Origin: Laetmonice hystrix
Lineage: Eukaryota
Direction of reading: 5' to 3'
DNA length: 64,000 bases
NCBI GenBank assembly: GCA_965235115.1
Contig: OZ249436.1
Coordinates: 38,068,001-38,132,000 of the forward strand
A program made the position numbers and the translations under genes. Positions 51,401 through 63,430 of the stretch are shown here, piece by piece. Below the pieces are notes generated by a model that was not told where the DNA came from, made no database searches, and saw only the letters and a program-made list of their open reading frames with translations. How positions within the stretch are numbered: position 1 is the first letter of the stretch; each line of letters starts with the position of its first letter.

Positions 51401-54400
51401 TCTCAACTCCTCCGTCATGGAGATGTAACGCTGTCCCGCACGCTCATCTGATGCCAATAACTCTGCCTCGTGGATTGACTTCAGTTTCTTGATCTCAGAC
51501 TTGTGTTTGGCAATCAAACGCTGGATCTCTGGTTCCAGGCCCTTCACCGTCATCTCCTATCAGAGAGTAAAAAGGCATAGCAGTGTTATCTTTATGGCAT
51601 TACAAGACACACAAAGGCGATGACCATGATCACCTAGGGAACTACCAGAGTTAAGCAAACCCACATCAGATCTGTAGGACTAAATGTGTACAGTGTTTGC
51701 CCCATTTTTAATGTTTCCTAGTTATAGAACTCCTACACTGCACCCAAGAACACATTTTTCTCTGTAACGTACTTTTATCTTTTTTGTCTTTTCATCGATC
51801 CACCTTTCACGTCGTAGCTTTTCTGCTGCAGCTTGGACATCCTTGACTTTCTTCATTTCAATATCAAACCTGTCAAATAATAATGAAACATGATTAGAGC
51901 AGATTTCTGCTATGTTACAAGAAACAACTCTCTAGAACTGGAATTTGTAATAATATTATCATGTTTAATGATTACCCAGAAGATAACCAGAACAATTAAA
52001 ACTGATAATGTAGCAGAATAAACATACCGTTCTTGTTGCTCCTTCAATTTGGTCTGGCACTTTTTATCTATTGTCTTCAATTCTTTCACCAGGTTTTCAC
52101 ATTTTTCACTCAAAACCTTCTTGTCATCAATAAGCTATAAGAAAAAGAGAGGAACCGTGTGACATTTATTAACAGGGGAATACTAAACGTACTTCAGCTC
52201 AGTTCTGTAATATGCCACCAAAGAGCAGAAGTGTCTATTTCTTAGAACTTGATATTATTTTTGCTTGCCATGCCAATCGGTTGCTTTCAAGCCTCCAGTC
52301 CAAGACTGACCTGATCAATGAATCCTAAGTGACGTTTTACTGTCTCCTCATATTCTTCCTTCTGTACATCCAGTCTTTTCTTCATTTCCTTCTCCGTCTC
52401 CCTGGCATGGCGAACTGTCAACTCCCGCTGTTGATTCTGTAAGACATTTATAAAGGACCATCAGTATTGGCTCTATAGACATTAGCCTACAATAAACATA
52501 TGAGACAAAATGGTTATTATATTAATTCGTGGAAACTTCTCCATGAAGTAGGGGTCAGGGTTAAGGTCAGGGATAGGGATAGAGATATGTTTTTTGTGAG
52601 GTCTAGGGACCGGAGTTAGGGTTAAGGTCAGGTATAGGGATAGTGATAGATCTTTACTTCTGACCAAGTTTCGTGGGTTTTAAGTTACCAAGAATTATAT
52701 ACCCGCAAAATGAATATGACAGAGGGTATATTGACACTGAGTTTCCCCGAGTTATACTAGTGAGGATGTTACTGTCTGACATCATACCAGAGCTTTCTGC
52801 AGCATACTGACAGATCGTTTCCTCTCGTCAAGTTCCAAACGCTGGGCCAACATTGTGTTGGTCACCTCGGATGCCATGGCTGAGGCTTGCTCCATCTCGG
52901 CGATCTGTTCCCCAGACGGTACTTGTAGTGCCGGTAACGTCAGAAACTCATTGGTAACAATCTCACTGCCACTGCCTCCATCTTTCTTGGCTCCCTCCTG
53001 TCAAAATAATTTAAGTCCACCTTAAATACTCCAGTCATTCTCTCTGCACAACGACATATGTTCTTATATATTACTTGACATACTACTTGTGAAAAGTTAT
53101 ACAATTTATTTCAAATTTATTTCATGCATGACAGCCTCTGCAAGCGACAACTCACATTCAATAATTAATGAAAAAAAAACTTATTTCCTAAAGTCCTACA
53201 GTAAGAGCGAGTTACAGATGGGTCTCACCTGGTCGATCTCATCGAGCCGGTCAGCAGTTTCAACTTCATCCAGGAACGAGATGATGCTGCGTAACTTCTC
53301 GTCTGTGAGAAAGCCACTCTTCTTGATGTTGTCCTTGGAAGGGTTCAGTGTCTGCAGTTTGTCTGCCGTCAATAACGTCAGATCAGGTTTCTCTCCTTCA
53401 CTCACATCTTTCTCCAGGTCATCAACTGAAACCAGTCGTAAATAGAGAATGGTAGTTCACGGATCGTAAGGTCCTCAGTCATATATTATCAGGATAAATA
53501 TTTCATTAAAATCTACATCATGGGCAAATAGTGAGTGTCACAATCATTGTTAGAATTAGACATTAATGTCAGCACTCTCCGTTTGTATCAAATTGCTGGC
53601 CCATAAAAACTAGTTAAGTAACTTTACTTTCTCAACAATAATATAAATATAATTATATCTCACTGAAGATCGAACTTACTGCTTAGAGGCTATATAATAT
53701 ACGTAACATTATTTCATGCTAGAGTGATAGTCCATGATATCTTAAGTTCCCGTATACCTCTGAAAACTAAGACTCACGCCAATTCCTGGGGGTCTTATTC
53801 TTGTTGTGACTACCACTCGGTAGCTTTTCCTCTTCCTCCAGCTTCTTCAAGGTCTCCATGAGGTCATCGAGTGTTGTCTTTGTCCCAGACTGGCTGGCTG
53901 CTGCCCCAGCATCATCCACCGAGTGATCTCTACCCCTAGATGTTGTCCGGCCAGTCCGCTCTGTCTGCAGAGCTGAGATGGTGTGATCGTCATCCTCTTC
54001 CTCCTCCCCATCTTGGACCATCTCGGCTCTCGGGGAGGAAACCTGGCCACCCTGACTGTTGTGTAAAGATGGCCTTGGGCTATTGTTCTGCAAAAGTCAA
54101 AACATGAGGTCTGTTATTTAGGCTCCATATTTGTATGCACTTATAAACCATAGGAAAGTAAAGGTTTCTTAGTAGTGTTCAGTTTCTTTTTGAAAAACGT
54201 TTCCAAGTGTCTGCAGACACGAAGGGACCTAGGGTAGAGAAAAGGCAAAGATGAACCAACCTGGAATATTTCTTCTATCCTCCTACCCGAGGTCGGAGCT
54301 GTTCCAGGTCGTGCTGCCCCTTCCACAGCTCCAGACTGCTGTTCATTGTCAGAATCAGAATGACCATCTGCCTGTGCGGCCGGAGCCTTGGCTTTCTTCA

Positions 54401-57008
54401 CATTGGTCGACTTGTGGGATGGTACTTTTGTCACCTTGCCCGACGGCTGTAGATACTTCATCTCCCCATCGGAACACCTCTGCCCTTCTTGCCGTTTTTC
54501 GTCCCTTTTTCTTTGCAATTCCTAAAAAGTGGAGATTCCTGTAATTCTATTCTGGGTCATGAAATGATGTACCCATAATCTCATGTACCTGAGGATCAAG
54601 TTTATTACATGAATAAATTCAAATTTTTGAATGAGCAATTATCTACCTGAATTGCCTCCTGTCTAGCTTGCCTGGCCTTCTCTTCCCGAAGACGTTTTCT
54701 TTGCTCAGCACCCTGTCCAGCAGAGGCTGCGCTCACATAGTCTCGCTCCTGTGACATCTCTTCTGCCTTCTCCGCCCTCTTGGTTTCCATCAGGCGTTTC
54801 ATGGCTGCTTGCCCTGCCTTCCGACGTGTCTGATGTCGCCGGTACCACCGCTGGATCTTGGTGGCAGCCATGGCACAACTACGTGCATAATCTTCTGACA
54901 CTTTTTTACCTGTCCCAGTTGGATTTAGTGGCGATTGCCTCACTTGGTTGACAGGCGTCTTTGGTTTAATATTCTGGTAGGAATTCTCCATATCCAACAG
55001 AGCCATTTTTGTACCTGGCGACATGGCTTGCGACGTCATGTTATTGGCTATACTGTTTAGTTTGTGAGATTTCTGCACCGAGGTATCAGCAGCACCTTGC
55101 TGACTGTTTTCACCATACAGAGAGTTCCTACTGCGGTTGATTTCATCTTGCGTCATCGGTTTAGACTCAAACCCAAGAGGCTTTGCTTCGAAGGGTTTGT
55201 GATCAAAATTGAAGTTGATGTCCTCGTGTGAGGGCGATCTGTGGCTCAGGTTCAGTTGGAGTTCCTCGCGAGGCTGAGGTCTGTTACTGCGGTGGTCCAT
55301 GTTGTGGTTGGTAAGGTCTTCCTCATCCAAGGTACTTGAACTCCTGGCACTGGTGGGTTGGAACACGCTGTGCGTGTAACGACTGTGGCCACCACCCGAG
55401 GCCTGTGTTCGATGGTCAATCTCATGGTCTGTCGTTGCACTCCGTGCACTGTTCAATTGGCTTGCCTGCAATAAAAAACCATGCAATCAAGGCAATGTCC
55501 TAGCCATTCTTCTCTCAATCTCATAATCATACAAGTTTAGAATTTATGAATATGATCTGGAGGGTGGTGGCAGGGCATAATAATCCTTCATTCTACTTCG
55601 ATCAAAGCAAAGACAAGGCGAGAAAACATATACGATGAGGGGTGGCTCACCCATGCTGGCCTGGGACCTCCAGCCCCACCCTTCTTGTGTGTTGGCTGTG
55701 ACCTTGTAGGACCCGGCTGCAGGATCTTGGGCTGCGTGCTGCTTTCAAACAGAGCCAGAAAGTCGTCCCTGGAACAAACCATAAGGTCTGTATGAGACAG
55801 CACAGCAAATTCTGTTTGTATTCATGAACAAGAATTTCCCCATATTTCTTCATCTTTGAACTTAGAGTGACACGAAAAATTCCTCAGATACTTACCTTTG
55901 AACCCCAGCCCAGGGATACCACGTTAAAATTTCAGGCTTGAACAATAAGGGTTTATCATTTGAAGTATCTAAGGAATTTTTTGTGTCACCTTAAAGCAAA
56001 TTTTTTTGAAAGTGATGTATTTCAACTCGTGTCCCCCTGATGTTAAGTCAAGTATGATGTGAGAATGTCAATTTTTGCTTCTGAAAATGATTACTTTTCT
56101 TTAAGCTCAAAACATACCGGTACTTACCTTGCACTTGTGACTGGAGTGAACGTATCGATTGCCATGGGTTTACCATGGCTTTCTGAGACCCTACCCTGGG
56201 ACCGAGCACTCATCTGACGGGGTGTGCCTTGAGACCGTGCTGAGCCCTGAGATTGTACCGTACCATGAGACCGTGCCGAGGTCTGAGAGCGAGCCGTGCC
56301 TTGTGATCGAGGTGTCCCATGGCTGTTGCTGCGCTGTCTAACTTGATGGGAACTAGCTGCCCCAGATACTTGGTTAGATAATCCATTCACAACATTCTGA
56401 AATAAGATAATACAGTATACAATGTACATTAAGATTTGCTTCTTTCCTGTTCTAAGTGTATAGCACTTTTTTTTCTCTGAATTACATATCAATAAAGAAA
56501 GATAAAACTTTGACACTGTTAATACCACATTTGCTTCCATGATGAAAGATAAAAGTTTTTCTTTTTTTGTCATTTTTTTATAACTCAAAACAAGAATATT
56601 GTATTTACCGCTATGCAAGTTTAGAACTCAGATGAATTACCAATACCTATAAATATGCACTATCGTATCAGTCAATAACACAATAACAAAAGTTCTACCT
56701 GGCACCTAGGCTCCATATTATATGATGGATCGGTATCCCTACCAGATTACACTATCTATTCCTTCAGTACAGAATACCGGTAATACTCAAAATAACAAGA
56801 CCTGGGGAAGATAAAAGCTAAAGCAAATTTAGCAGCACCATGAGTTGCTCACCAGGCCAGTCTTCTCCCTTCCACCTGAGGTAGAGCTGGGTCGTTTCCC
56901 ACCACCCTTGGCAGATGCTGGACGTCTCCCTGCACTAGCCGGGGACAACAGTTGGGACCCACTTAAACTCAGGTCAAGATCATCCGCATTGAAACTCTTC
57001 CGTGACAT
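42457..57008 (-). CDS. CEP131: Centrosomal protein 131 (AZI1), 19 coding exons, 1286 aa if the ATG at 57008 is the start
   Basis: Minus-strand exons 56853-57008, 56128-56396, 55651-55768, 54647-55465, 54261-54521, 53778-54087, 53229-53425, 52788-52997, 52311-52436, 52028-52134, 51773-51869, 51339-51556, 49784-50009, 47159-47275, 46851-46957, 46496-46580, 46054-46140, 45521-45738 and 42457-42589 total 3861 nt in frame. Features include an N-terminal DLSLSG, an IQ motif (AATKIQRWYRRH), a long coiled coil with KGLEPEIQRLIAKHK, and C-terminal RVKQAMVRKEE...KRADHLEGLLEQQRK. An acceptor at 57013 implies at least one more upstream exon. Confidence 0.92.
42583..45030. repeat. Complex satellite (85-bp unit plus ~56-bp variant subunit) filling the last CEP131 intron and overlapping the terminal exon start
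   Basis: Unit cttcaccctggaacgacataatcatccacgtcactcgagtaccaacaagtacacatcaaacagacaaacaccaggtgaatcataa, about 19 copies. It is interrupted by the MITE at 44093-44675. Confidence 0.95.
44093..44675. mobile_element. PIF/Harbinger-like MITE inserted in the satellite
   Basis: TIR ggcccggtttctcgaaacatctcaagg ... ccttgagatgtttcgagaaaccgggcc. Flanks are CTG and CAG (CWG target), and the satellite resumes in register after the insertion. Confidence 0.85.
45050..45310. repeat. Dispersed repeat (Harbinger-like end gtgaaacgagcccc), related to 28229-28345 in opposite orientation
   Basis: tatgagctcgtattttccatagatcataatagc...gagttttttctcgtttatgagctataaggccatt is the reverse complement of aatggccttatagctcgtaaacaagaaaaaactcg...gaaaatacgagctcgtaa at about 28270-28340. 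Confidence 0.7.
47365..49682. mobile_element. 2.3-kb TTAA-flanked non-autonomous DNA element with nested inserts, in a CEP131 intron
   Basis: TTAA|gtgtcattgcatggatagaccatgcagagggtgataacc ... ggttatcacctcctgcagatttttgcatggtccactcatgcaatgacac|TTAA. Confidence 0.75.
48031..48302. mobile_element. hAT-like MITE with a 5-bp TSD, nested in 47365-49682
   Basis: AAACC|cagtggcgtatcc ... ggatccgctactg|AAACC. Confidence 0.75.
50014..50175. repeat. 36-bp minisatellite, about 4.5 diverging copies
   Basis: aaacagatggaactaggctttcaacttcacaatatt recurs at 50014, 50050, 50086, 50122 and 50158. Confidence 0.85.
55866..55990. mobile_element. Small TTAA-type (Kolobok-like) MITE
   Basis: TTAG|agtgacacgaaaaattcctcagatact ... 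agtatctaaggaattttttgtgtcacc|TTAA. Confidence 0.6.
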
Positions 57009-59325
57009 TGTCCTGAAATACACACAATTCATCAAGTGACAAAATTCGTAGGTAGTATCAGTTCATAATAACTCTAAAACAAGCTTGTGAAGCTTATAGC
57101 CCCAACCAAGAACTATGGATTCTTGAAGAAACGATGCACGACTTCAATTGATCTTTGAAGGGCAAAGAAAATATTGTCAAATGAAACTTTGTAGGTACTT
57201 CGTCTCGAGAATACATAAATCAACACACTGGAACCCGTGAGTCTGGTGTGATTGTATCATTGTAAAGAGTAGATAATTCCTGTCCTATACTCCAGACCTT
57301 CTGGCAACTCATGACTGAATCAACACCCTGGAATCAGTGAACCGGTAAAGAGAGGGGTGCACCTGTGCCTTCTAGCTCCTCTGTGTATACTAACTGCTTT
57401 ATCTAAACTCTACGTGGCAGATGCCCAGTCAGATTCTATAGGTAGGCCTCTGAATATAACGTCCTGCAACTGAGAAATGTTCAGTCAGTGTGTATTGATC
57501 AGTACTTGACTGCATAGCTATTCAAGTACCGTACTGACCTACCAGTATGAAGCATAGAGACCCTGTTTGGCAATTTTTTGCCATTTTTTTAGAATTGTAA
57601 TGATGTTGTTCTTATTGCCCAGTATTGCCCACTTAGCTGATTTTAGGGATATTGCCCAGCCCGGGTTTTCCCAGGCATTATTACCCGCCCGGGTATTGCC
57701 CGGCCAACCCTGTCCACCAGCCCTGGAGGGTGTAAGAAGTGCACCAGGCACCCTCCAGTCCTGTGTGGGGGTCCGGTAACAATAAAATTTTTAGACGAGC
57801 TAAGTGGACTGCCCTGAGTAGATTTGGCTGCGGAGAGTGAACTTGATAGATGGGTGCATCAATTAGGTTCATGCAGTATGGGACCTGTGTTCTGAGTTTG
57901 AACATCCAGTTTCGCTCTATGGTATTGCACACAAAAAACTATGATTGTTTCATTCATGATTCACACAAGATGGCCCAAACTGTCACGGCAGCTTCAATGC
58001 ATCTAGAGCTAAGCTGCGTGCAAATGAACGTAGGGTTGGTAGCCGTTATCCCATTGTGAGTGTTTTTTTCCTAGATCATTTAGTGACAACCAGACTGAAT
58101 AGATGAAAGACTTCTAAGTCCACTCTGGAGATGGCCATCAGTTGCTGAGATTGCATAAACTTAAGCAACCATTTGCAGTGCTCAATACCATAAACTTTAG
58201 GTTCCATCACCAACACACTGATTCAAAGTTCTGATATTTGGCTTGGGCCCACAGTTGCCAGTGTCCTACCTTGGAGAGGAAAGCCACCAACAACTTACTC
58301 ATTCGCCCAGTCAAAACATGACCTCACTGACCTGGCAAATTGTCAAAAGCTTATTCTAAAATACATGTTGATCTAGGTGGGAGACAAGCCAGGAGGGATT
58401 TCACTAGGTTAATTTATGCATATTGGCATTTTTCCAAGGCAGTTCAAGCTGATTACCCACAAAATAACCAGTGAAAGGTTGACAAGACACCACCCACAAA
58501 TAATGAGCAATCCGATATATATATTTTAACTGTGGAAAGTGAAGTGCAGGCCTCCCAGTCCATTCAAAGGAAAATATAGGCAAAAACAATATTTCTAGGA
58601 CATCATCACAAAATATAGGTTTTTATAGGTCAAAAGCCTTACAAAAAATAGGTTTATGACTTTATGTACTAGGCAAGTGGAAACTAAAAGACCAATTATT
58701 TTCAAACCCAATGCCATAAATTAAAAGTTTATTCATTTCTATATTGACCATACTTACAGCTTACCGGTACATGAAAACTCCACAATGTATTCACATTTCA
58801 TGGATCAAACATGTACACTGATCTATGTACACGTATAACTATAAACTAGGTACTCAAGTGAAAATGTGCCAGAAAGGAACTGTTGGAAAGTTTGACTGAA
58901 CGTGGAACCTCATATTAAATCTTATGCTCAAGAGCATTTCTTCTACTGGGTATCCTCGGGAGGTAAACCCCAATGCTAAAAAAATAGCGTTTTAATCTAT
59001 CTAGGTCATTTTGTGCAAAAAATTATAGGGTTGATTCTATCAAACCACATGCCTCACTTATTACCAGACAATCAGTAGGGGACTGAGCAGGTCTGCTTTT
59101 AAAGTCCTGTGTGATTACAGCCCCATGTGTGATTTCTTGTGGCAGTGGTGAGATATGGAATGACCCAAGCGACCTCCACCCCCTCCACCACCTTGGGCCA
59201 GACAGTCTGCCACCAGTGCAGGCCGGCCAATTAATAGCTTCATTAAATTAAGTGGTGAGTCAAAAACTGCCAAAACAGAGAAGTGTCAACTAGTGAACAT
59301 TGTTTAAAGATAGTGTATGTATACA

Positions 59326-59489
59326 CAGGGCTCGAATTAACCAGGTTTGCATTGCAATTTGCATGCCAAAATCAGTCTAACTGCGAATCAAATGAAGAGA
59401 GGAATTGCAAAATATTCCCGACTGCTTTTACAAAGTGGATAACTCAGTAGTTATTACGAATCAAAATTTTTAAAGTATTTCGAGCCCTG
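59326..59489. mobile_element. hAT-like MITE with a 5-bp TSD
   Basis: ATACA|cagggctcgaa ... ttcgagccctg|ATACA. Confidence 0.75.
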
Positions 59490-59887
59490 ATACATATGAC
59501 AAAACATGTGATTTCCAGCCTATCGCGCCAATTTTGAAATTTTGTAATTACACAATGATAGCCCATAACCCGAAATTTCAAAATCTATCTTTGGCTACAA
59601 GACCACAGTGGCGCACAGTTAGCGTGGCACACACTGTCACTCAGTATGTGCTTGACGTCTAGACGTCTAAACTTCAGTTTGCCCAGATTCAGCTGAATCT
59701 CTGAGAAATTTAAAACAGTTACTTGATCAATATAAACATTTCAAACAAACTGGTTTGTTTGCACTATTTTTCATAACTGGCCTCATAATTGGGGTACACA
59801 TTGCCCAAATGTTTTCAGATGTTTAGTAATAAGATTTTGTATAAGTTTGAAAACACCCAGAGATCCCTAATATAGACAATAGTAACT

Positions 59888-60251
59888 CAGTGCTTGCCAT
59901 CTGAAATTTGCAGGAGAGCGTTTCATCGCTCTCGCACTTTATTGTACAGGAGCTATTCGCTCTCCTGGAAAATGGAAACAGTCACTTCAATCTGAAATGG
60001 TATGAGCTCAACAAAACTAGTACAGGTGGAGGCCTGGCAACTGGCAGCGCTGCATTATACTTTATCTATGCATTTTTGATGCTCATGAAATACTCAGACT
60101 GAAACTTTTAAGTGGTCTGCGAGAAGGCATCATGCTTGTCTGTTGTTAACCTTCTTTTGGCCGGCGGGAGCGATGGATAGCGCTCGTAAATCTGATTTTA
60201 CGGGAGCGGACGGGCGCGGGAGCGATCGCTCCCGTCAAATGGCAAGCAATG
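59888..60251. mobile_element. hAT-like MITE with GGGAGCGA/TCGCTCCC subterminal motifs
   Basis: GTAACT|cagtgcttgccatctga ... tcaaatggcaagcaatg|GTAACA, a 6-bp flank repeat with one mismatch. Confidence 0.6.
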
Positions 60252-62299
60252 GTAACATGACATTTTACACTAAGCTCTGTGACGTTTGACCCATTACAGA
60301 CTACGAATTTGTATCAATGAAATGGTCCTTAAAATAGACTTTAAATATTATTGTCATTTAAAGGTTCTGTTAAGGAGCTTTAAGTGAAAAATATACTGGA
60401 CCTGTGAGAAAACACAGGGGAATCAGAGCTTAGTAAGTGCAGTGCCCGGTTTCAGAAAGGTTGGCATTTTCTTAACTTAAAGCCATACAGTAAACTCTGC
60501 TTAAAGGTACAAAATTTTTAAAACCTGCTAATATCGAACCCCTGCCATATAAATCAGCTTAGTGTCACATGTAAAAGTCAAATAAATTGAAGTGAGACCA
60601 ACTAAATGTAATGTGAGAATGCTCAGCTGACTCCGTTGCGATCTAGCGCTGTGCCTTTGAACCGCTCAGCCATTTTCGATAACCGTTCCCACGCTCAATA
60701 TCCTGCGCGCCTCTCACAGTCTAAGGTGACGCTCGAAGTGTCGGGTTTCAAGGCCATCCACCGATCTATTTCAATGCCACGAGCACTCTCACGTCTTCTG
60801 TCCAACTCCTTTCTCAGTTTTTAGCTGATTCTCCTGCATACATCGACTTTTGTCGCTTAAAAGCCCTCGGCGGCATATTTCCAAAGCAAGCGTATGATGA
60901 TGATCAAATATGGTGGAGCGATACCTGAAGACCTAGGACTATTATGGGATGTTTTGCATCATTTGCAGCGCCCCTTCCGGAGAGCGGAGGCAAATTCAAA
61001 CTCCTGTTAATTATCATGTTTTAGCTTCGGTCCGAATTTAGTTAACAGAAATCACCATACTGCAGTATGGCAGCAACAGTGTGTCTTCATATGTCAATAG
61101 GTGGCTGTAGGGGACAGGTAAGTGTTTTATACTCGTTACCAGTATGTCACTTTAAGTCGAAACTTTTGGGACCAGCTTTTTGTGTCAGCAATTACGATTT
61201 ACACCCAAGTCACCATGATTATGTCGATTTATGCATAAGGTGACATTTTGACGACTTGTGCATATATCGGGTGGGCCAAAAAATTCCTGGTTGGAGACTC
61301 GCACCTCGAGCATCAACTCACACCTCAGGCTCAGCTCGGGAAACCCAGCGGCAGCCCTTGCCCCGCATCTCCTAGTATACCGTCGGCGAGACGGGGGATC
61401 AGGCAGCAACCCAGCGCTGGCAAGTTGACCTAGGCGCTAGGGTACAGTTCGGTTGGGGAGGGGCACTTGACTAGGGATGTTGGGTGCGAGTTTGTATAAG
61501 GTGCGGGTTGTCTCGAAACCGGGCTCCAACTGACCACCTCGGCACCTGCCACATCAAACATGCAAATCTTACCAGTTACGTAAAGCTAAAGCCTAAACAT
61601 AAGAAGATAAGTTCCTTGGTCTTACCTTTGCAAAGGTAGAGAGGCCGAGTCCAACTGACATTAATTCACAAAGTGACAAACGTCAACCATATCAACAACG
61701 CCAAGCCAATACCTGGCTGTAGTGTTCCCTCTAGGCCTAACTTCGGCCGGGCCTCTCACGTTAGATGCTAAGACAGTACTACGAAAAAGTAAGATGCCAA
61801 ACCACACATTGACACAACCACAACAACACGGCTGCCTGGCTTGAGTTTGACGGTGTCGGTGACACCGACAAGCCCGGGGATAAATGGGTTAAATTACTGA
61901 CATCTGCTTAATAACGTCGCTCACCTACCTTTGAGTGTGATTCCTTATGACCCACGTAACGTGATCACCCGTCCATAATTTTATGTTATATGTTTGCGAA
62001 GGAGGACTTTGCAGCAAACCCAGACAGAAAGCTCACTGAGTTGAACTTCTCGCGTACAGTTTGACGGAAGTCAGAAGCCCACACATGCGCGACACAGTTG
62101 CATCCCATAATATTTGGACTATTTTTCTTCCTAGAAGATATTCCTACATTTAACCCTCCCGCGGAAATATCTGTCGATCGGGTCACTTTCTGTTTTCCTC
62201 AGTCATTCAACTGAAGATCTAATACGACACCTATGTGGAACATTTTTTAATGTTTGTGCATCGACATTACGTACAAATAATATCGGTACTTCTTTCTGT

Positions 62300-62600
62300 G
62301 GATGGATATATAATTTTTGCCTGTTTACCAACATTTCGACGGAAAGGTTTGAGGACGGGGCAGCCATTTTGAACGAACAAAGCAAAGGGAGATTGATTTT
62401 GGACCACACTAAAGGTCCAGGGTACATACCTGGCAGTTCGGCAACGTTACATGGCATGTATCTATCACTCAACCACTTGTGTATATAGCCATGGCGGACA
62501 GAAGAAAACTACAAGGTGAGATATTTGTAAAATAATTGCGCGAAAGAAAATCTCGCCACGCCATTTTTGTCTTCTCGCAGTTGGATATGGTTTCCAATAT
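62300..62600. promoter_or_regulatory. Probable divergent promoter region for CEP131 (-) and CNOT3 (+)
   Basis: CpG-containing segment with YY1-type GCCATTTT motifs at about 62363 and 62559, flanking the CNOT3 ATG. The genes are head-to-head. Confidence 0.45.
62491..62515 (+). CDS. CNOT3: First coding exon of CCR4-NOT subunit 3 (rest beyond the window)
   Basis: gccATGGCGGACAGAAGAAAACTACAAG|gtgag encodes MADRRKLQ(G) in a 25-nt phase-1 exon. This matches the recalled CNOT3 N-terminus MADKRKLQGEIDRCLKK. No second exon was found before 64000. Confidence 0.72.
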
Positions 62601-63252
62601 GTCAAACTAGTTTCATCAGAATTGATAACATTTTGCACCAATAGGTTTCCTCCCTTTGTATCGTTCCATAAAATACTTTATGAAGTGTGGCTCTTGTCAG
62701 CACAATAACGCGTAAAACGCCGATTTGCGCCTCAGTCTTTTCTCGTCCGACTGCGTCGACGCACAAACGGAGGAGCGCATCTTTCGGCCAGGTGAAGCCT
62801 GTCTCCCGACAGTCCACTCCCAGTCAGTGGCATCATCATTCACCGCCAACAGCCAGATATGTCAGCCCAGCCCCGTGTCACGGATATAACATTATGTACA
62901 GGTTTTAGACATCTTTTCATAATTATATCTTTGCATCGTTCACATTGAAAATAAGGCTTCACGCATGACGTGTGATGTAAGATTGCTGCAGCATATTCAT
63001 TATGAAAAGCAGGTCACAATATCAACTGTTCTACCAGTACCAGGCAGGGCCCACCTGGATATCATATAAATATGCGTCAATTGTGGATTGTGTCAGTACT
63101 GAGTGACTGGAAACAAGCATTGTCATTTTCTGAACAAACGAATTGTCTTCAGATGAACTGTTGTCTTCCAGGCAGTTTATAATTCTATAGAATGCCAATG
63201 TACTTTTATGTATCCCACATCAGAAAGTGTCTTACTTACTACTTAGTGAGCT

Positions 63253-63430
63253 GGGGCCTGTTTCTCATCCCTTGTCATGCGTTAAGTTTGTCGTAGACTG
63301 TCAAATAACGACAAATTGCGTTTCACAACCCATGTCGTGCATTAAAACCTGTACGGCGGTGTCGTAAACCAAGGCCAAAATAAAGACAGCTCTGACCCTG
63401 TAGTTAAGCTGTCGTAACGACTCACGAATT
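63253..63430. mobile_element. Truncated Harbinger-like MITE end
   Basis: ggggcctgtttc start followed by repeated tgtcgta motifs. The other terminus was not found. Confidence 0.35.

Noticed and set aside
54283-54290. Alternative CEP131 donor TCGG|gtagga at 54287
   Set aside because: It is phase 1, incompatible with the phase-0 next exon. The donor at 54261 keeps the frame.
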